Assembly: GCA_016215605.1 (NCBI GenBank)
Contig: JACRJB010000006.1
Span: 3,842 to 67,841 of the forward strand
Reading direction: 5' to 3'
Source: Rhodopseudomonas palustris
Lineage (GTDB): Bacteria; Pseudomonadota; Alphaproteobacteria; Rhizobiales; Xanthobacteraceae
DNA length: 64,000 bases
Positions within the stretch are counted from its first letter, which is position 1. Every line of letters starts with the position of its first letter. The notes under the pieces are model-generated. The model was not told the origin of the DNA and did no database searches. It was given only the letters and a program-made list of their open reading frames with translations. Shown here piece by piece: positions 1 to 10,891 of this stretch. A program made the translations under genes and the position numbers.

Positions 1-585
1 TTCGACGCGGTGCGCGACGCGCTGCTGATCGTCTCCGACAATGAAGGCATCGGCATTTCGCGGCGGCGGGTGACGCTGTCGACCTCCGGCGTGGTGCCGA
101 ACATCAAGCGCACCGGCGAGGAGATCGGCGTGATGCTGGCGATCTCGCTGCACGCGGTGCGCGATGAGCTGCGCGACGAACTGGTGCCGCTCAATCGGAA
201 GTATCCGCTGAAGGAATTGCTGCAGGCCTGCCGCGACTATCCCGGCGCTTCCAACGCGCGCCGCATCACCTTCGAATATGTGATGCTGAAGGGCGTCAAC
301 GACTCGCTCGACGACGCGCGGCGGCTGGTGCAACTGCTCAAGGGCATTCCGGCCAAGATCAACCTGATCCCGTTCAATCCGTGGCCCGGCTCGAAATACG
401 AGTGCTCGGATTGGGACCAGATCGAGAAATTCTCCGAATACGTCTTCAACGCCGGCTACTCGTCGCCGGTCCGCACCCCGCGCGGAAGAGATATTTTGGC
501 CGCCTGCGGCCAGCTCAAGAGCGAAACGGAAAAACTCTCCGTCCGCGAACGCGACGCCCTGCGCGCCATGGCGATGACGGATTGA
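1..585 (+). CDS. rlmN: 23S rRNA/tRNA m2A methyltransferase RlmN, 3' part (5' end outside window)
   Basis: Motifs [38 protein letters not shown]; frame is open from base 1. Confidence 0.95.
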   Translation, partial: FDAVRDALLIVSDNEGIGISRRRVTLSTSGVVPNIKRTGEEIGVMLAISLHAVRDELRDELVPLNRKYPLKELLQACRDYPGASNARRITFEYVMLKGVNDSLDDARRLVQLLKGIPAKINLIPFNPWPGSKYECSDWDQIEKFSEYVFNAGYSSPVRTPRGRDILAACGQLKSETEKLSVRERDALRAMAMTD

Positions 586-610
586 TGCACAGCCTCGCTC
601 CCCCCACTGT

Positions 611-753
611 CGTCACACGCGGGCATGACCCGCGTGTCCATCTTCTTCGAAGAGGATGGATTGCCGGGACAAGCCCGGCAATGACGTGGGTTGTTGTGCA
701 TAGGCAGCGAGTAACAACCGCCGTCATGGCCGGGCTTGTCCCGGCCATCCACG
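611..753. repeat. CGTC-type REP family A: inverted doublet (611-642, 655-686) plus single copy (722-753)
   Basis: cgtc-acacgcggg-catga-cccgcgtgt-ccatc; gatgg-attgccggg-acaag-cccggcaat-gacg; cgtc-atggccggg-cttgt-cccggccat-ccacg. Confidence 0.9.
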
Positions 754-778
754 CCTGGGCATCAAGCGAAGGCTTGCC

Positions 779-1297
779 ATGTCGCTGATCGGCCACCTGT
801 TCGCCGTCGCGTTCGGCTTTCTGTTCGCGAGCATCGCCGCGGGCGTGATCGTGGTCGGGGCGATGCTGTTCCCCGAGATCAGCGCGATGACCGATGCGCC
901 GCTCGATCAGGACACGATGAACATCGTGATGGGGTTCGGCTTCATCTTCGTGTCCGGTTTCGCGTTGGTGCCGGCGCTGATCGTGGTGTTGATCACCGAA
1001 GCGTTTTCGATCCGCAGCGCGCTGGCCTATGCGATCGGCGGCGCGCTGGTCGGCGTCGGCTGCTATCTCGGGCTGGTGCCGTTCGACCCGGCGACGCTGC
1101 ATTTCGACGGCATAGTCCGCCGGCATCTCGAAATCATGACCGGCGCCGGCATCGTCGGCGGGCTGGTGTATTGGCTGATCGCCGGCCGCAATGCCGGCCT
1201 GTGGCGCGACCCGCCGCCGACGCGGTCGCGGACCGCGATGGCGCCGGCCCCGCAACCGCCGCAGCCGGTGCCGCCCGCGCCGCCGCCTGCCGCATAG
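779..1297 (+). CDS. Hypothetical integral membrane protein with Pro-rich tail
   Basis: 172-aa ORF, host-like codon usage, several hydrophobic segments. Confidence 0.75.
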   Translation: MSLIGHLFAVAFGFLFASIAAGVIVVGAMLFPEISAMTDAPLDQDTMNIVMGFGFIFVSGFALVPALIVVLITEAFSIRSALAYAIGGALVGVGCYLGLVPFDPATLHFDGIVRRHLEIMTGAGIVGGLVYWLIAGRNAGLWRDPPPTRSRTAMAPAPQPPQPVPPAPPPAA

Positions 1298-1339
1298 CGT
1301 CGCCTTTTCATCCCCAACCGCCTCGGCTAAACCCCGCCC

Positions 1340-2119
1340 ATGAACCGGACCGGACTTGTCATCGCGCTGGCGTTGTTCGCCGTGATCGGGCTCTTGTTCG
1401 GGCTCCATCCGGAGCTCGACATGAAGCTCGCGGCGCTGTTCTACGATCCCGCCACCAAGCGGTTTCCGATGAGCAGCGTCGGCCTCGCGGCGTTCTCGCG
1501 CGACGCTGCGATGTGGATCGCCTGGGCGATCGCAGCGCCGTCGATCGTCGCCTTCGTGGTCAAGCTGGTGCGGCCGGACAAGCCGCTGCTGGTCAAGGGC
1601 CGCACCATGGCGTTCCTGCTGATCAGCATCATCCTGGCCGCCGGCATCCTGACCAATCTGACCTTCAAGAGCCATTGGGGCCGGCCGCGCCCGGCGGCGG
1701 TCGCCGAATTCAACGGTCCGTGGCCGTTCAAGGCGTGGTGGGATCCGAGCGGCGCCTGCCCGAAGAACTGCTCGTTCTTCTCGGGCGAGGGCGCCACCGC
1801 CTATTGGACCTTCGCGCCGGCGGCGCTGACGCCGCCCTCGGTGCGGCCGTTCGCCTATGCGGCCGCGTTCACCTTCGGTACCGTCACCAGCGGGCTGCGG
1901 ATGGCGTTCGGCGGGCATTTCTTCACCGACGTCGCGATCGCCGGGCTGGTCACCTTCCTGGTGATCTGGCTGCTGTATGCGCTGATCTATCGCTGGGCCT
2001 GGAGCCGGACCACCGATGCCGGGATCGACGCGGCCCTGACCCGGGCGTTCTGGCCGCTGTACCGCTGGCGGCAGAAGCGCCGCGGCCACGATGTCGGACC
2101 GGCTCCGGCGGCCGTCTAA
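1340..2119 (+). CDS. PAP2-family membrane phosphatase
   Basis: KSHWGRPRP (K-x6-RP), FSGE (C2 variant), RMAFGGHFFTD (R-x5-H-x3-D), multiple TM helices. Confidence 0.85.
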   Translation: MNRTGLVIALALFAVIGLLFGLHPELDMKLAALFYDPATKRFPMSSVGLAAFSRDAAMWIAWAIAAPSIVAFVVKLVRPDKPLLVKGRTMAFLLISIILAAGILTNLTFKSHWGRPRPAAVAEFNGPWPFKAWWDPSGACPKNCSFFSGEGATAYWTFAPAALTPPSVRPFAYAAAFTFGTVTSGLRMAFGGHFFTDVAIAGLVTFLVIWLLYALIYRWAWSRTTDAGIDAALTRAFWPLYRWRQKRRGHDVGPAPAAV

Positions 2120-2154
2120 CCGATTAAACGCGTGCCCGCCGGCGCGAAGTTTGA

Positions 2155-3540
<1,386 letters not shown>

Positions 3541-3550
3541 GACCTTTACG

Positions 3551-3676
3551 GTCATTCCGGGGCGCACGCAGCGAAGCTGCGGGCGAACCCGGAATCTCGA
3601 AGTTCAGGGCACCCCTCGGTCGGACGCAGAACAGGGCGGGATTCCGGGTTCGCGCTACGCGCGCCCCGGAATGACG
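3551..3676. repeat. REP family B inverted doublet
   Basis: gtcattccggggcg...gaacccggaatc and ggattccgggttcg...cgccccggaatgacg. Confidence 0.9.
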
Positions 3677-3690
3677 GCCGTTGCTGACGC

Positions 3691-3719
3691 TTGTCATCGA
3701 ACCGTCATTTGCCGCTCAT
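3691..3719 (+). promoter_or_regulatory. Pho box (three 11-bp-phased units)
   Basis: TTGTCAT-cgaa-CCGTCAT-ttgc-CGCTCAT directly upstream of an alkaline phosphatase gene. Confidence 0.8.
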
Positions 3720-3750
3720 ACGGTCCGCGCTTCGATCCGGAGCCGTAGTG

Positions 3751-5502
3751 ATGATGCGTTTCGCCGTTCCCCTTGGTGCCCTGCTGCTGCTGAATTCGGC
3801 GGCCTCGGCGCAGACGATCTATCCGATCGATCGCGCCGAGATTCTGGCCGGCGCGAAATTCGATCTGAAGGTCGAGTTCGCCGGCGAGGTCAGCGCCGAC
3901 AAGGCGACGCTGACGATCAATGGCGCCGCCGCCGCAACCGTGTTCGGCAAGGCGCCGGAGCTGATCGCGCGCGAGGACGGCAAGCCGCAGTCGGCGCTGC
4001 TGTTGCGCGACATCGTGCTGAACCAGCCCGGCCACTACACCATCGAGGTCGGCGACGGCGCCGATCGCCGCAGCGTCGGCTGGACGGTGTACGACACCGG
4101 CCCGCGTCGCGCCAAGAACGTCATCCTGTTCATCGGCGACGGGCTGTCGCCGGCGCATCGCGTCGGCGCGCGGCTGCTGTCGAAGGGCATCGCCGAGGGC
4201 CGCGCCGGCGGTAAGCTCGCGATCGACGACATGCCGCAGATGGCGCTGGTCTCGACCGCCGGCAGCGATTCGATCATCACCGATTCTGCGAATGCGGCGA
4301 GCGCCTACGCCACCGGCCACAAGGCCGCGGTCAATGCGATGGGCGTCTATGCCGACCGCACCGCGAATCCGTTCGACGATCCGCGCGTGGAGACGCTGGC
4401 GTCGCTGGCGCAGCGGCGGCTCGGCCTGTCGATCGGCATCGTCACCAACACCGAGATCGAGGATGCGACGCCCGCGGCGGTGATCGCCCATACCAGGCGC
4501 CGCGCCGCCTATGACGAGATCGTCGCGCAGTTCTTCGCCGCGCAGCCCGACGTGCTGATGGGCGGCGGCGCCGCGCACTTCCTGCCGAAGAGCGCGCAGG
4601 GCAAGCGCAAGGACGACGTCGACTATCTAGCGAAATTCCGCGACGCCGGCTATCGCGTCGCCACCACGGCGACCGAACTGGAGGCCGCCGGCAAGGACGG
4701 CCCGCGCAAACTGCTCGGGCTGTTCGCGCCCGGCAACATGGACGGCGTGCTCGACCGCCGCTTTCTCAAAGGCGGCGGCGTCGCCAGGAATCCGGATCAG
4801 CCGGATCTGACTCGGCAGGTCGCGGTCGCGCTCGATCTGCTGTCGAAGAACGATGCCGGCTTCTTCCTGATGGTCGAATCCGGACTGATCGACAAATACG
4901 CCCACGCGCTCGACATGGAGCGCGCGGTCTACGACACCATCATGCTCGACAACGTGGTGCGGCAGACCCGCGACTGGGCTCGCGCCCGCGGCGACGACAC
5001 GCTGATCCTGGTGGTGGCCGATCACAATCATCCCAACGCGCTGGTCGGCACCGTGCGCGACGATCTCGCCGAGGGCGACGAGGCGCCGCTGCGCGAGCGG
5101 ATCGGCGTCTACGACCGCGCCGGCTTTCCGAACTATCCGGCGCCGGATGCGGACGGCTATCCGGAGCGCGTCGACGTCAGCCGACGGCTGGCGATCTTCT
5201 CGGCCAGCCTGCCCGATCACTACGAGACGCTGCGGCCGAAGCTCGACGGCCCGAACCAGCCGACCGAAGCCGGCGACAAGCCCGGCACCTTCAAGGCCAA
5301 TGAGAAGTACAAGGCCGTGCCCGGCGCGGTGCTGCGGATCGGCAATCTGCCGGCGATGATGAATGCCAGCGTGCATTCCGGCGAGGACGTGATCCTGACC
5401 GCCGCAGGCCCCGGCAGCGACCGCGTCCACGGCTGGATGGAAAACACCGATGTGTTCCGGGTGATGGCCGAAGCGCTCGGGCTCGCGGCTTCAGCCAAAT
5501 AG
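3751..5502 (+). CDS. Secreted alkaline phosphatase (PhoA superfamily) with extra N-terminal domain
   Basis: VILFIGDG, TDSANAASAYATG (Ser nucleophile), MVESGLIDKYAH, ADHNH, HSGEDV; signal peptide after Met at 3751. Confidence 0.9.
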   Translation: MMRFAVPLGALLLLNSAASAQTIYPIDRAEILAGAKFDLKVEFAGEVSADKATLTINGAAAATVFGKAPELIAREDGKPQSALLLRDIVLNQPGHYTIEVGDGADRRSVGWTVYDTGPRRAKNVILFIGDGLSPAHRVGARLLSKGIAEGRAGGKLAIDDMPQMALVSTAGSDSIITDSANAASAYATGHKAAVNAMGVYADRTANPFDDPRVETLASLAQRRLGLSIGIVTNTEIEDATPAAVIAHTRRRAAYDEIVAQFFAAQPDVLMGGGAAHFLPKSAQGKRKDDVDYLAKFRDAGYRVATTATELEAAGKDGPRKLLGLFAPGNMDGVLDRRFLKGGGVARNPDQPDLTRQVAVALDLLSKNDAGFFLMVESGLIDKYAHALDMERAVYDTIMLDNVVRQTRDWARARGDDTLILVVADHNHPNALVGTVRDDLAEGDEAPLRERIGVYDRAGFPNYPAPDADGYPERVDVSRRLAIFSASLPDHYETLRPKLDGPNQPTEAGDKPGTFKANEKYKAVPGAVLRIGNLPAMMNASVHSGEDVILTAAGPGSDRVHGWMENTDVFRVMAEALGLAASAK

Positions 5503-5510
5503 CAGCGGCG

Positions 5511-6089
5511 TCACCGCCCGCCGCACCAGCCGTCGCGATGGCCGCCGCCATAGGCGCGGGCGTAGCCGGCTTCGAGCAACGCGGCGGAGACGTTCGGCGT
5601 GCGCTTGGTCGCGACATCGGCGACGACGCGGCCCTGATATTTGTCAGGGCCGATATTGTAGATCGCGACCTCGCCCTGGCGCAGCATGTCGCGCAGCGCG
5701 TCGGCCGCGGCTTCGGCGAGTTTGAGCTCCTGCGCGCATTGCGCCTTCAGCTCCGGCGCGTCGATGCCGCGCAGCCGTACCCGGGTGGCGAGATCCATCC
5801 CCGGCCACAGATGCACCCGCGCCTCGAAGGTGTCGCCGTCGATGGTGTAGAGCACGTCGACCGGATGCCGCACCGCCGGGTTGCCGGCGCGACGCCACAC
5901 CGTCTCGCTGTCGTTGCTGATCGCCTGCGATTCCGGCTTCGCCCACGGCCACTGCACCCAGTGCCGCGCCGGCAACATCGTCCCCGCCGCGACGCCGAGC
6001 ACAAACACCCAGGGCCAGATCGACCTCAGCCGCCCGCGCCAGGGCAGCCGCGCAATCCGTACCGGGTTCGTTCTGTGTGGCAGGTGCAT
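5511..6089 (-). CDS. Thermonuclease (SNase-like) family protein
   Basis: IDGDTF, RLRGIDAPE, DKYQGRVVA; N-terminal TM; start uncertain. Confidence 0.85.
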   Translation of the reverse strand: MHLPHRTNPVRIARLPWRGRLRSIWPWVFVLGVAAGTMLPARHWVQWPWAKPESQAISNDSETVWRRAGNPAVRHPVDVLYTIDGDTFEARVHLWPGMDLATRVRLRGIDAPELKAQCAQELKLAEAAADALRDMLRQGEVAIYNIGPDKYQGRVVADVATKRTPNVSAALLEAGYARAYGGGHRDGWCGGR

Positions 6090-6194
6090 TTGTAAGTCCA
6101 GCTAGGGCGCAAAGGGGCGTAATTTAAACTAGGGGTTGTTCAGTGGAACGAGAAGGGATTAAAATCTCCGCACTTATTGCGGGGGTGCTTTCAG

Positions 6195-6539
6195 ATGGTT
6201 GATGACGTCACGCGCGGCCAAACAATCCCGCAGCCGCCAGAGATTTTTTCAATACCATCGGCACTTGTCGAACAATGGGGTGAAATCCCCCAGAATGAAC
6301 GGTTGCAGTTTCCACTTACGCGTCAGGATGTTGACCATCTGTTACTTGGTTTGTTGCGTTCGCTTGAAGCGCAAGCGACGCTAGAACGCATAGTTGTCGA
6401 TTGGTCCAACGGCCGACTGGAGCAAGCAAATTTATCTCTTGCCGAATTTAGGCGGCAGAATGTGGACGCGCAGAACAACATTCGACAATTGGTGTCTGCT
6501 GTCATGGCATCGGCCCTTCGCGAGCGGAAGAATGTCTGA
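6195..6539 (+). CDS. Hypothetical protein in lower-GC islet
   Basis: 114-aa ORF with atypical codon usage; overlaps next ORF by 8 nt. Confidence 0.55.
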   Translation: MVDDVTRGQTIPQPPEIFSIPSALVEQWGEIPQNERLQFPLTRQDVDHLLLGLLRSLEAQATLERIVVDWSNGRLEQANLSLAEFRRQNVDAQNNIRQLVSAVMASALRERKNV

Positions 6540-6957
6540 GATTCCCGCTGCGGCCGGCTACGCCACCTCAACCGTAGTTTTCGCGGCTGGACGTTTTGGC
6601 GGCTCAGGCCCTCCTGGGCCGCCCTTGCAGCCCCCGGGCGGAGGGGGCACATATGACGGCATGATAGAAGCACGTGTTGCGCGCCTGGAAGCGGATGTCG
6701 GCCATATCCAGAGGGATGTGGCAGAGATCAAGGTTGCCGTAAAAGAGGCGGGGCAGAACTTGACCGATCTAAGAATTTCAAGCGCAGCACTGACCGAGCG
6801 GGTCAGGCACCTTCCGACGTACGGCCAGAACCTTGCCATGCTTCTGAGCTTGCTGGCGCTGATTGCTGCTCTGGTTGTGTTCCAGGGCCAGATTCAGAAA
6901 TTTGTCGGTGTTTCGTCGGTCCCCGCTGCTTCGGGGGAGACGGCACCGAAGGCGTAG
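6532..6957 (+). CDS. Hypothetical coiled-coil protein with C-terminal TM (alternative start 6661)
   Basis: GGGGTYDGMIEARVARLEADVGHIQRDVAEIK, then a hydrophobic helix; ATG overlaps the upstream stop region. Confidence 0.6.
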   Translation: MSEIPAAAGYATSTVVFAAGRFGGSGPPGPPLQPPGGGGTYDGMIEARVARLEADVGHIQRDVAEIKVAVKEAGQNLTDLRISSAALTERVRHLPTYGQNLAMLLSLLALIAALVVFQGQIQKFVGVSSVPAASGETAPKA

Positions 6958-7002
6958 GAACCCGCTCCTTCGAAGCTAGCCTATCCGGATCCCCGCCGAC
7001 GC

Positions 7003-7224
7003 TCAGAAATCCGAGGCGATGCCCTTCACTTCCCAGTCGCCGTAGCGGGTCGGCTCGGGGCCTTTCGGACCCTGATACTCCTTGGCCCGCGCTTCGGCGT
7101 GCTGAGCGGCTTCGATGCGGCGCGCTTCGGCTTCGGCCAGCGCGCGCTTCGCCGCGTCGGGGAGTTCCTTGCGCGGCGGTTCGGTCGGCGTGGCCGTCAC
7201 GGTCTGCGGATCAGCTGTCGTCAT
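7003..7224 (-). CDS. DUF1674 / succinate dehydrogenase assembly factor 4-like protein
   Basis: C-terminal GPKGPEPTRYGDWEVKGIASDF signature. Confidence 0.9.
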   Translation of the reverse strand: MTTADPQTVTATPTEPPRKELPDAAKRALAEAEARRIEAAQHAEARAKEYQGPKGPEPTRYGDWEVKGIASDF

Positions 7225-7390
7225 CGGCTTCGCCTTTCATCGTCACGCGTTCCATCATATTGGGTCGTTGCCAGTCGATCGCGACAGCGGCGCGGCGATT
7301 CTTAGAATTGGCATATTCGCCTGCCATCCATCGCCGAAGTCGCGACGCGTCGTGCGCGGCATCTTCCCTCCAATGTGATACCCTCAATCC

Positions 7391-8743
7391 ATGCCTGCTC
7401 CAAGATTCGCACAGCCATCCGAGGCGCCAGGATTAACCGCGCGCCGGATCGCCGCCGACATCCTGGACGGCGTTTTGCAAAAGCGCCGGACGCTCGACGA
7501 ACAGCTCGAAGGCCCGGCCGCACATCCCGGCCTGAAAACGCTGCCGGATCGCGACCGCGCGCTGATGCGCCGGCTGGTCGCGACCATCCTGCGCCGGCTC
7601 GGCACGCTCGAACATCTGCTGGCGCGGATGCTCGATCGCGGCGTGCCGACCGACGCGCCGCGCGCCAAGAGCGCGCTGCTGATCGGCGCCGCGCAGATTC
7701 TCTGGATGGACGTGCCCGATCACGCCGCCGTCGACCTGTCGGTGCGGCTGGTGCAATCAGACCGTCGCGCCACCAAATATGCCGGCCTCGTCAACGCGGT
7801 GCTGCGGCGCTGCGCGCGCGAGGGCCAGCCGCTGGTGGATGAAGTTGCCGGCCAGGCGCTGGATGTACCGCAATGGCTGATGACACGCTGGCGTGCGCAT
7901 TACGGCGACGACGCCGCGCAGGCGATCGCGGTTGCGATCAGCCACGAACCTTCGCTCGACATTACGGTGAAGTCGGAGCCGGACCATTGGGCCGGGCGGT
8001 TGTACGGCGAGATGCTGCCGACCGGCACGGTGCGGACGCTGCTGCAGGGCTCGGTGAAGATGCTGCCGGGTTTCGAAGACGGCCAGTGGTGGGTGCAGGA
8101 CGCCGCCGCGGCATTGCCGGCGCGGCTGTTCGGCGATCTCGCCGGCAAGTCGGTCGCCGATCTGTGCGCGGCGCCGGGCGGCAAGACCGCGCAACTGGCG
8201 CAAGCGGGCGCGCGCGTCAGCGCGATCGACCGCTCTCCGGCGCGCGTCGCGCGGCTGCGCGAAAATCTGGCGCGGTTGTCGCTCGAAGCGGAGACCGCGG
8301 TCGCCGACGCCACCGAATGGCGCAGCGATGCGCCGGGCAGTTTCGACGGCGTTCTGGTCGATGCGCCCTGCGCCTCGACCGGCACCATCCGCCGCCATCC
8401 CGACGTCGCTTGGCTGAAGCAGGAGAGCGATATCGGCGCGTTGTCGGCGGTGCAGAGCCGGCTGCTGCAGAAGGCGGTGGCGCTGCTACGGCCCGGCGGC
8501 ACGCTGGTGTATTGCACCTGTTCGCTGGAGCCGGAGGAAGGCGAGCAGGCGATCGCCGCGCTGCTCGACGCCGAGCCAGGGATGCGACGCGTCCCGGTCG
8601 AGCCGGCCGAAGTCGCCGGCCTCGCCGAGATCGTGACCCCGGCAGGCGACCTGCGGACGCTGCCGTCGCATCTGCCCCACGCCGATCCACGGCTCGCGGG
8701 GTTCGACGGCTTCTATGCCGCACGATTGACCAAGCCCCTGTAA
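7391..8743 (+). CDS. rsmB: RsmB/Sun RNA m5C methyltransferase with NusB-like N-terminal domain
   Basis: VQDAAA, DLCAAPGGKT, VLVDAPCASTG, LVYCTCS, DGFYAARL. Confidence 0.9.
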   Translation: MPAPRFAQPSEAPGLTARRIAADILDGVLQKRRTLDEQLEGPAAHPGLKTLPDRDRALMRRLVATILRRLGTLEHLLARMLDRGVPTDAPRAKSALLIGAAQILWMDVPDHAAVDLSVRLVQSDRRATKYAGLVNAVLRRCAREGQPLVDEVAGQALDVPQWLMTRWRAHYGDDAAQAIAVAISHEPSLDITVKSEPDHWAGRLYGEMLPTGTVRTLLQGSVKMLPGFEDGQWWVQDAAAALPARLFGDLAGKSVADLCAAPGGKTAQLAQAGARVSAIDRSPARVARLRENLARLSLEAETAVADATEWRSDAPGSFDGVLVDAPCASTGTIRRHPDVAWLKQESDIGALSAVQSRLLQKAVALLRPGGTLVYCTCSLEPEEGEQAIAALLDAEPGMRRVPVEPAEVAGLAEIVTPAGDLRTLPSHLPHADPRLAGFDGFYAARLTKPL

Positions 8744-9071
8744 TCGCACGAAATTATTGGCGGCGCGCGCGCCGTCGGCGGGTTCGGGAGGCGGCCCGTC
8801 CACACCCCGCCCAACGGCAGGGTGTGTGCCTGGCCAATTCCGGACTAAAAGGATTCGAAACGAATTTTCGTTAATCCGAGGTTGCTTTGGTTCACAACAT
8901 CCTTTCGCCTCCGCCGCGCAGATGTCCGCAGAGCTGTTTCCATCAAAGCTGCCTCCACAGAAGCTGCCTGGGACCGCGAAGGTCGCCGACGTTTTGCTGA
9001 ATCTGAGACTCGCAGTCCGAAGGCCGCAGAAGGTCGTCGATGCGTTTCCTGAACCCGGGGCATTAACGCGC

Positions 9072-10826
9072 GTGTCATCCGCCCATCGCAGACGGATATC
9101 GAGCCTGATCGTGGGCCGCTTCGCGCGGAACATGGTGGCGCGTGCGTCCGGCGGTTCGGCGGCGCTGACGCGGCTGTGGCCGGGCCGCACCGACCGCCTG
9201 ATCATCGCCCCGCACGATTTGCGCACCGCCGACGCCACCCGCGCCGCCGAGATCTACGCCGGCCGTTTCGTGTTCGCCGGCAAGATCGTCACCTGCCACG
9301 GCCGCTCGATCTTCGATCTGGAGCCGCCGTCGGACGATTGGGAAGCGGCGCTGTTCGGATTCGGCTGGCTGCGCCATCTGCGCGCCGCCGACACCGCCAT
9401 CACTCGCGCCAATGCCCGTTCGCTGGTTGACGACTGGCTTGGCAACATGGCGCGCAACCGCACCGTCGGGCGGCGCCCGGACGTGATGGCGCGGCGGGTG
9501 ATCTCGCTGCTGTCGCAGGCGCCGCTGGTGCTCGGCGACACCGACGGCAAATTCTATCGGCGCTATCTGCGCGGCCTGACCCGCGAGATCCGCGCGCTGC
9601 GCCACGCGCTGCTCGACGTGCCGGATGGCGTGGCGCGGCTGCAGGTGACGATCGCGCTGTGCTACGCCGCGCTGTGCCTCGCCAATCAGGCGCGCAACAT
9701 CCGCGGCGCGACCAAGCGGCTGTCCGACGAATTGCAGCGCCAGATTCTGCCGGACGGCGGCCATGTCTCGCGCAATCCCGGCGCGCTGATCGAGCTGCTG
9801 ATCGACCTGTTGCCGCTGCGCCAGACCTTCTCGGCGCGGAACATCGCGCCGCCGCCGGCGCTGCTGAACGCGATCGACCGGATGATGCCGATGCTGCGGT
9901 TCTTTCGCCACGGCGACGGCAACATCGCGCTGTTCAACGGCATGAGCGGCACGCCGTCCGACCTGCTGGCGACGCTGCTCGCCTATGACGACAGCCACGG
10001 CACGCCGATGCCGAGCATGCCGCATTCCGGCTATCAGCGGATCGACGCCGGATCGACGCTGGTGATCGTCGATGCCGGCCTGCCGCCGCCGGCCAATGTC
10101 AGCCAGGACGCCCATGCCGGCTGCCTGTCGTTCGAACTGTCTTCGGGGCAGTGCCGGATCGTCACCAATTGCGGGATGCCGAGCACCAATCGCGACAGCT
10201 GGCGGGCGTTCGCGCGCTCGACGGTGGCGCATTCCACCGTCACCTGCCACGACACCTCGTCCTGCCAATTCGTCGAGCGCTCGGCGATGAAGCGGCTGCT
10301 GCAGGGCGCGCCGATCGTCGGCGGTCCGACGCTGGTCGACAACCGCCGCGAACAAGTCGCAGGCGGCGTGCTGCTGACCACCTCGCACGACGGCTACCGC
10401 GACAAGTTCGGGGTGATCCATCAGCGCGTCATCATGGTGAAGCACGACGGCTCGCGGGTCGACGGCGAGGACACGCTGTCGCCGGCGCAGGGCGGCCGCC
10501 ACCGCGCCGCGCAGGCCGACTACGCGCTGCGCTTCCATCTGCACCCGTCGATCAAGGCGAGCCGGCTCAGCGACGCGCACGGCGTGATGCTGGTGCTGCC
10601 CAATCGCGAGGTCTGGACCTTCGAGGCGCTCGACGACAAGGTCGATCTCGAAGACAGCGTGTTCCTCGCCGGCAATGACGGGCCGCGCCGCACCACCCAG
10701 ATCGTGATCCGGCAGAACTCGATCGAGGCGCCGAACATCCGCTGGAGCTTCATCCGCTCCAACGCCTCGCCGCAGGCGACCTCCGCCCGCCGCGCCGCCC
10801 GCCGCGAGCCCGAGTTGCCGCTGTAG
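9072..10826 (+). CDS. Heparinase II/III-like protein
   Basis: FFRHGDG, HAGCLSFE, RSTVAHST, SHDGY, RFHLHP; GTG start chosen at 9072. Confidence 0.8.
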   Translation: MSSAHRRRISSLIVGRFARNMVARASGGSAALTRLWPGRTDRLIIAPHDLRTADATRAAEIYAGRFVFAGKIVTCHGRSIFDLEPPSDDWEAALFGFGWLRHLRAADTAITRANARSLVDDWLGNMARNRTVGRRPDVMARRVISLLSQAPLVLGDTDGKFYRRYLRGLTREIRALRHALLDVPDGVARLQVTIALCYAALCLANQARNIRGATKRLSDELQRQILPDGGHVSRNPGALIELLIDLLPLRQTFSARNIAPPPALLNAIDRMMPMLRFFRHGDGNIALFNGMSGTPSDLLATLLAYDDSHGTPMPSMPHSGYQRIDAGSTLVIVDAGLPPPANVSQDAHAGCLSFELSSGQCRIVTNCGMPSTNRDSWRAFARSTVAHSTVTCHDTSSCQFVERSAMKRLLQGAPIVGGPTLVDNRREQVAGGVLLTTSHDGYRDKFGVIHQRVIMVKHDGSRVDGEDTLSPAQGGRHRAAQADYALRFHLHPSIKASRLSDAHGVMLVLPNREVWTFEALDDKVDLEDSVFLAGNDGPRRTTQIVIRQNSIEAPNIRWSFIRSNASPQATSARRAARREPELPL

Positions 10827-10891
10827 CGCAGGGCTGTTCCGACGATCCGCATCGTTGTGAAAAGCGCCGAAAGCTGCTATCGAGCAGCCGC

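Noticed and set aside
381-788. ORFs 381-788, 456-752 (MDGRDKPGHD) and similar ones at 41798-42352 (MDCRVKPGND), 32272-32466, 51838-52281 and the 21516 extension
   Set aside because: They are translations of REP palindromes, not genes.
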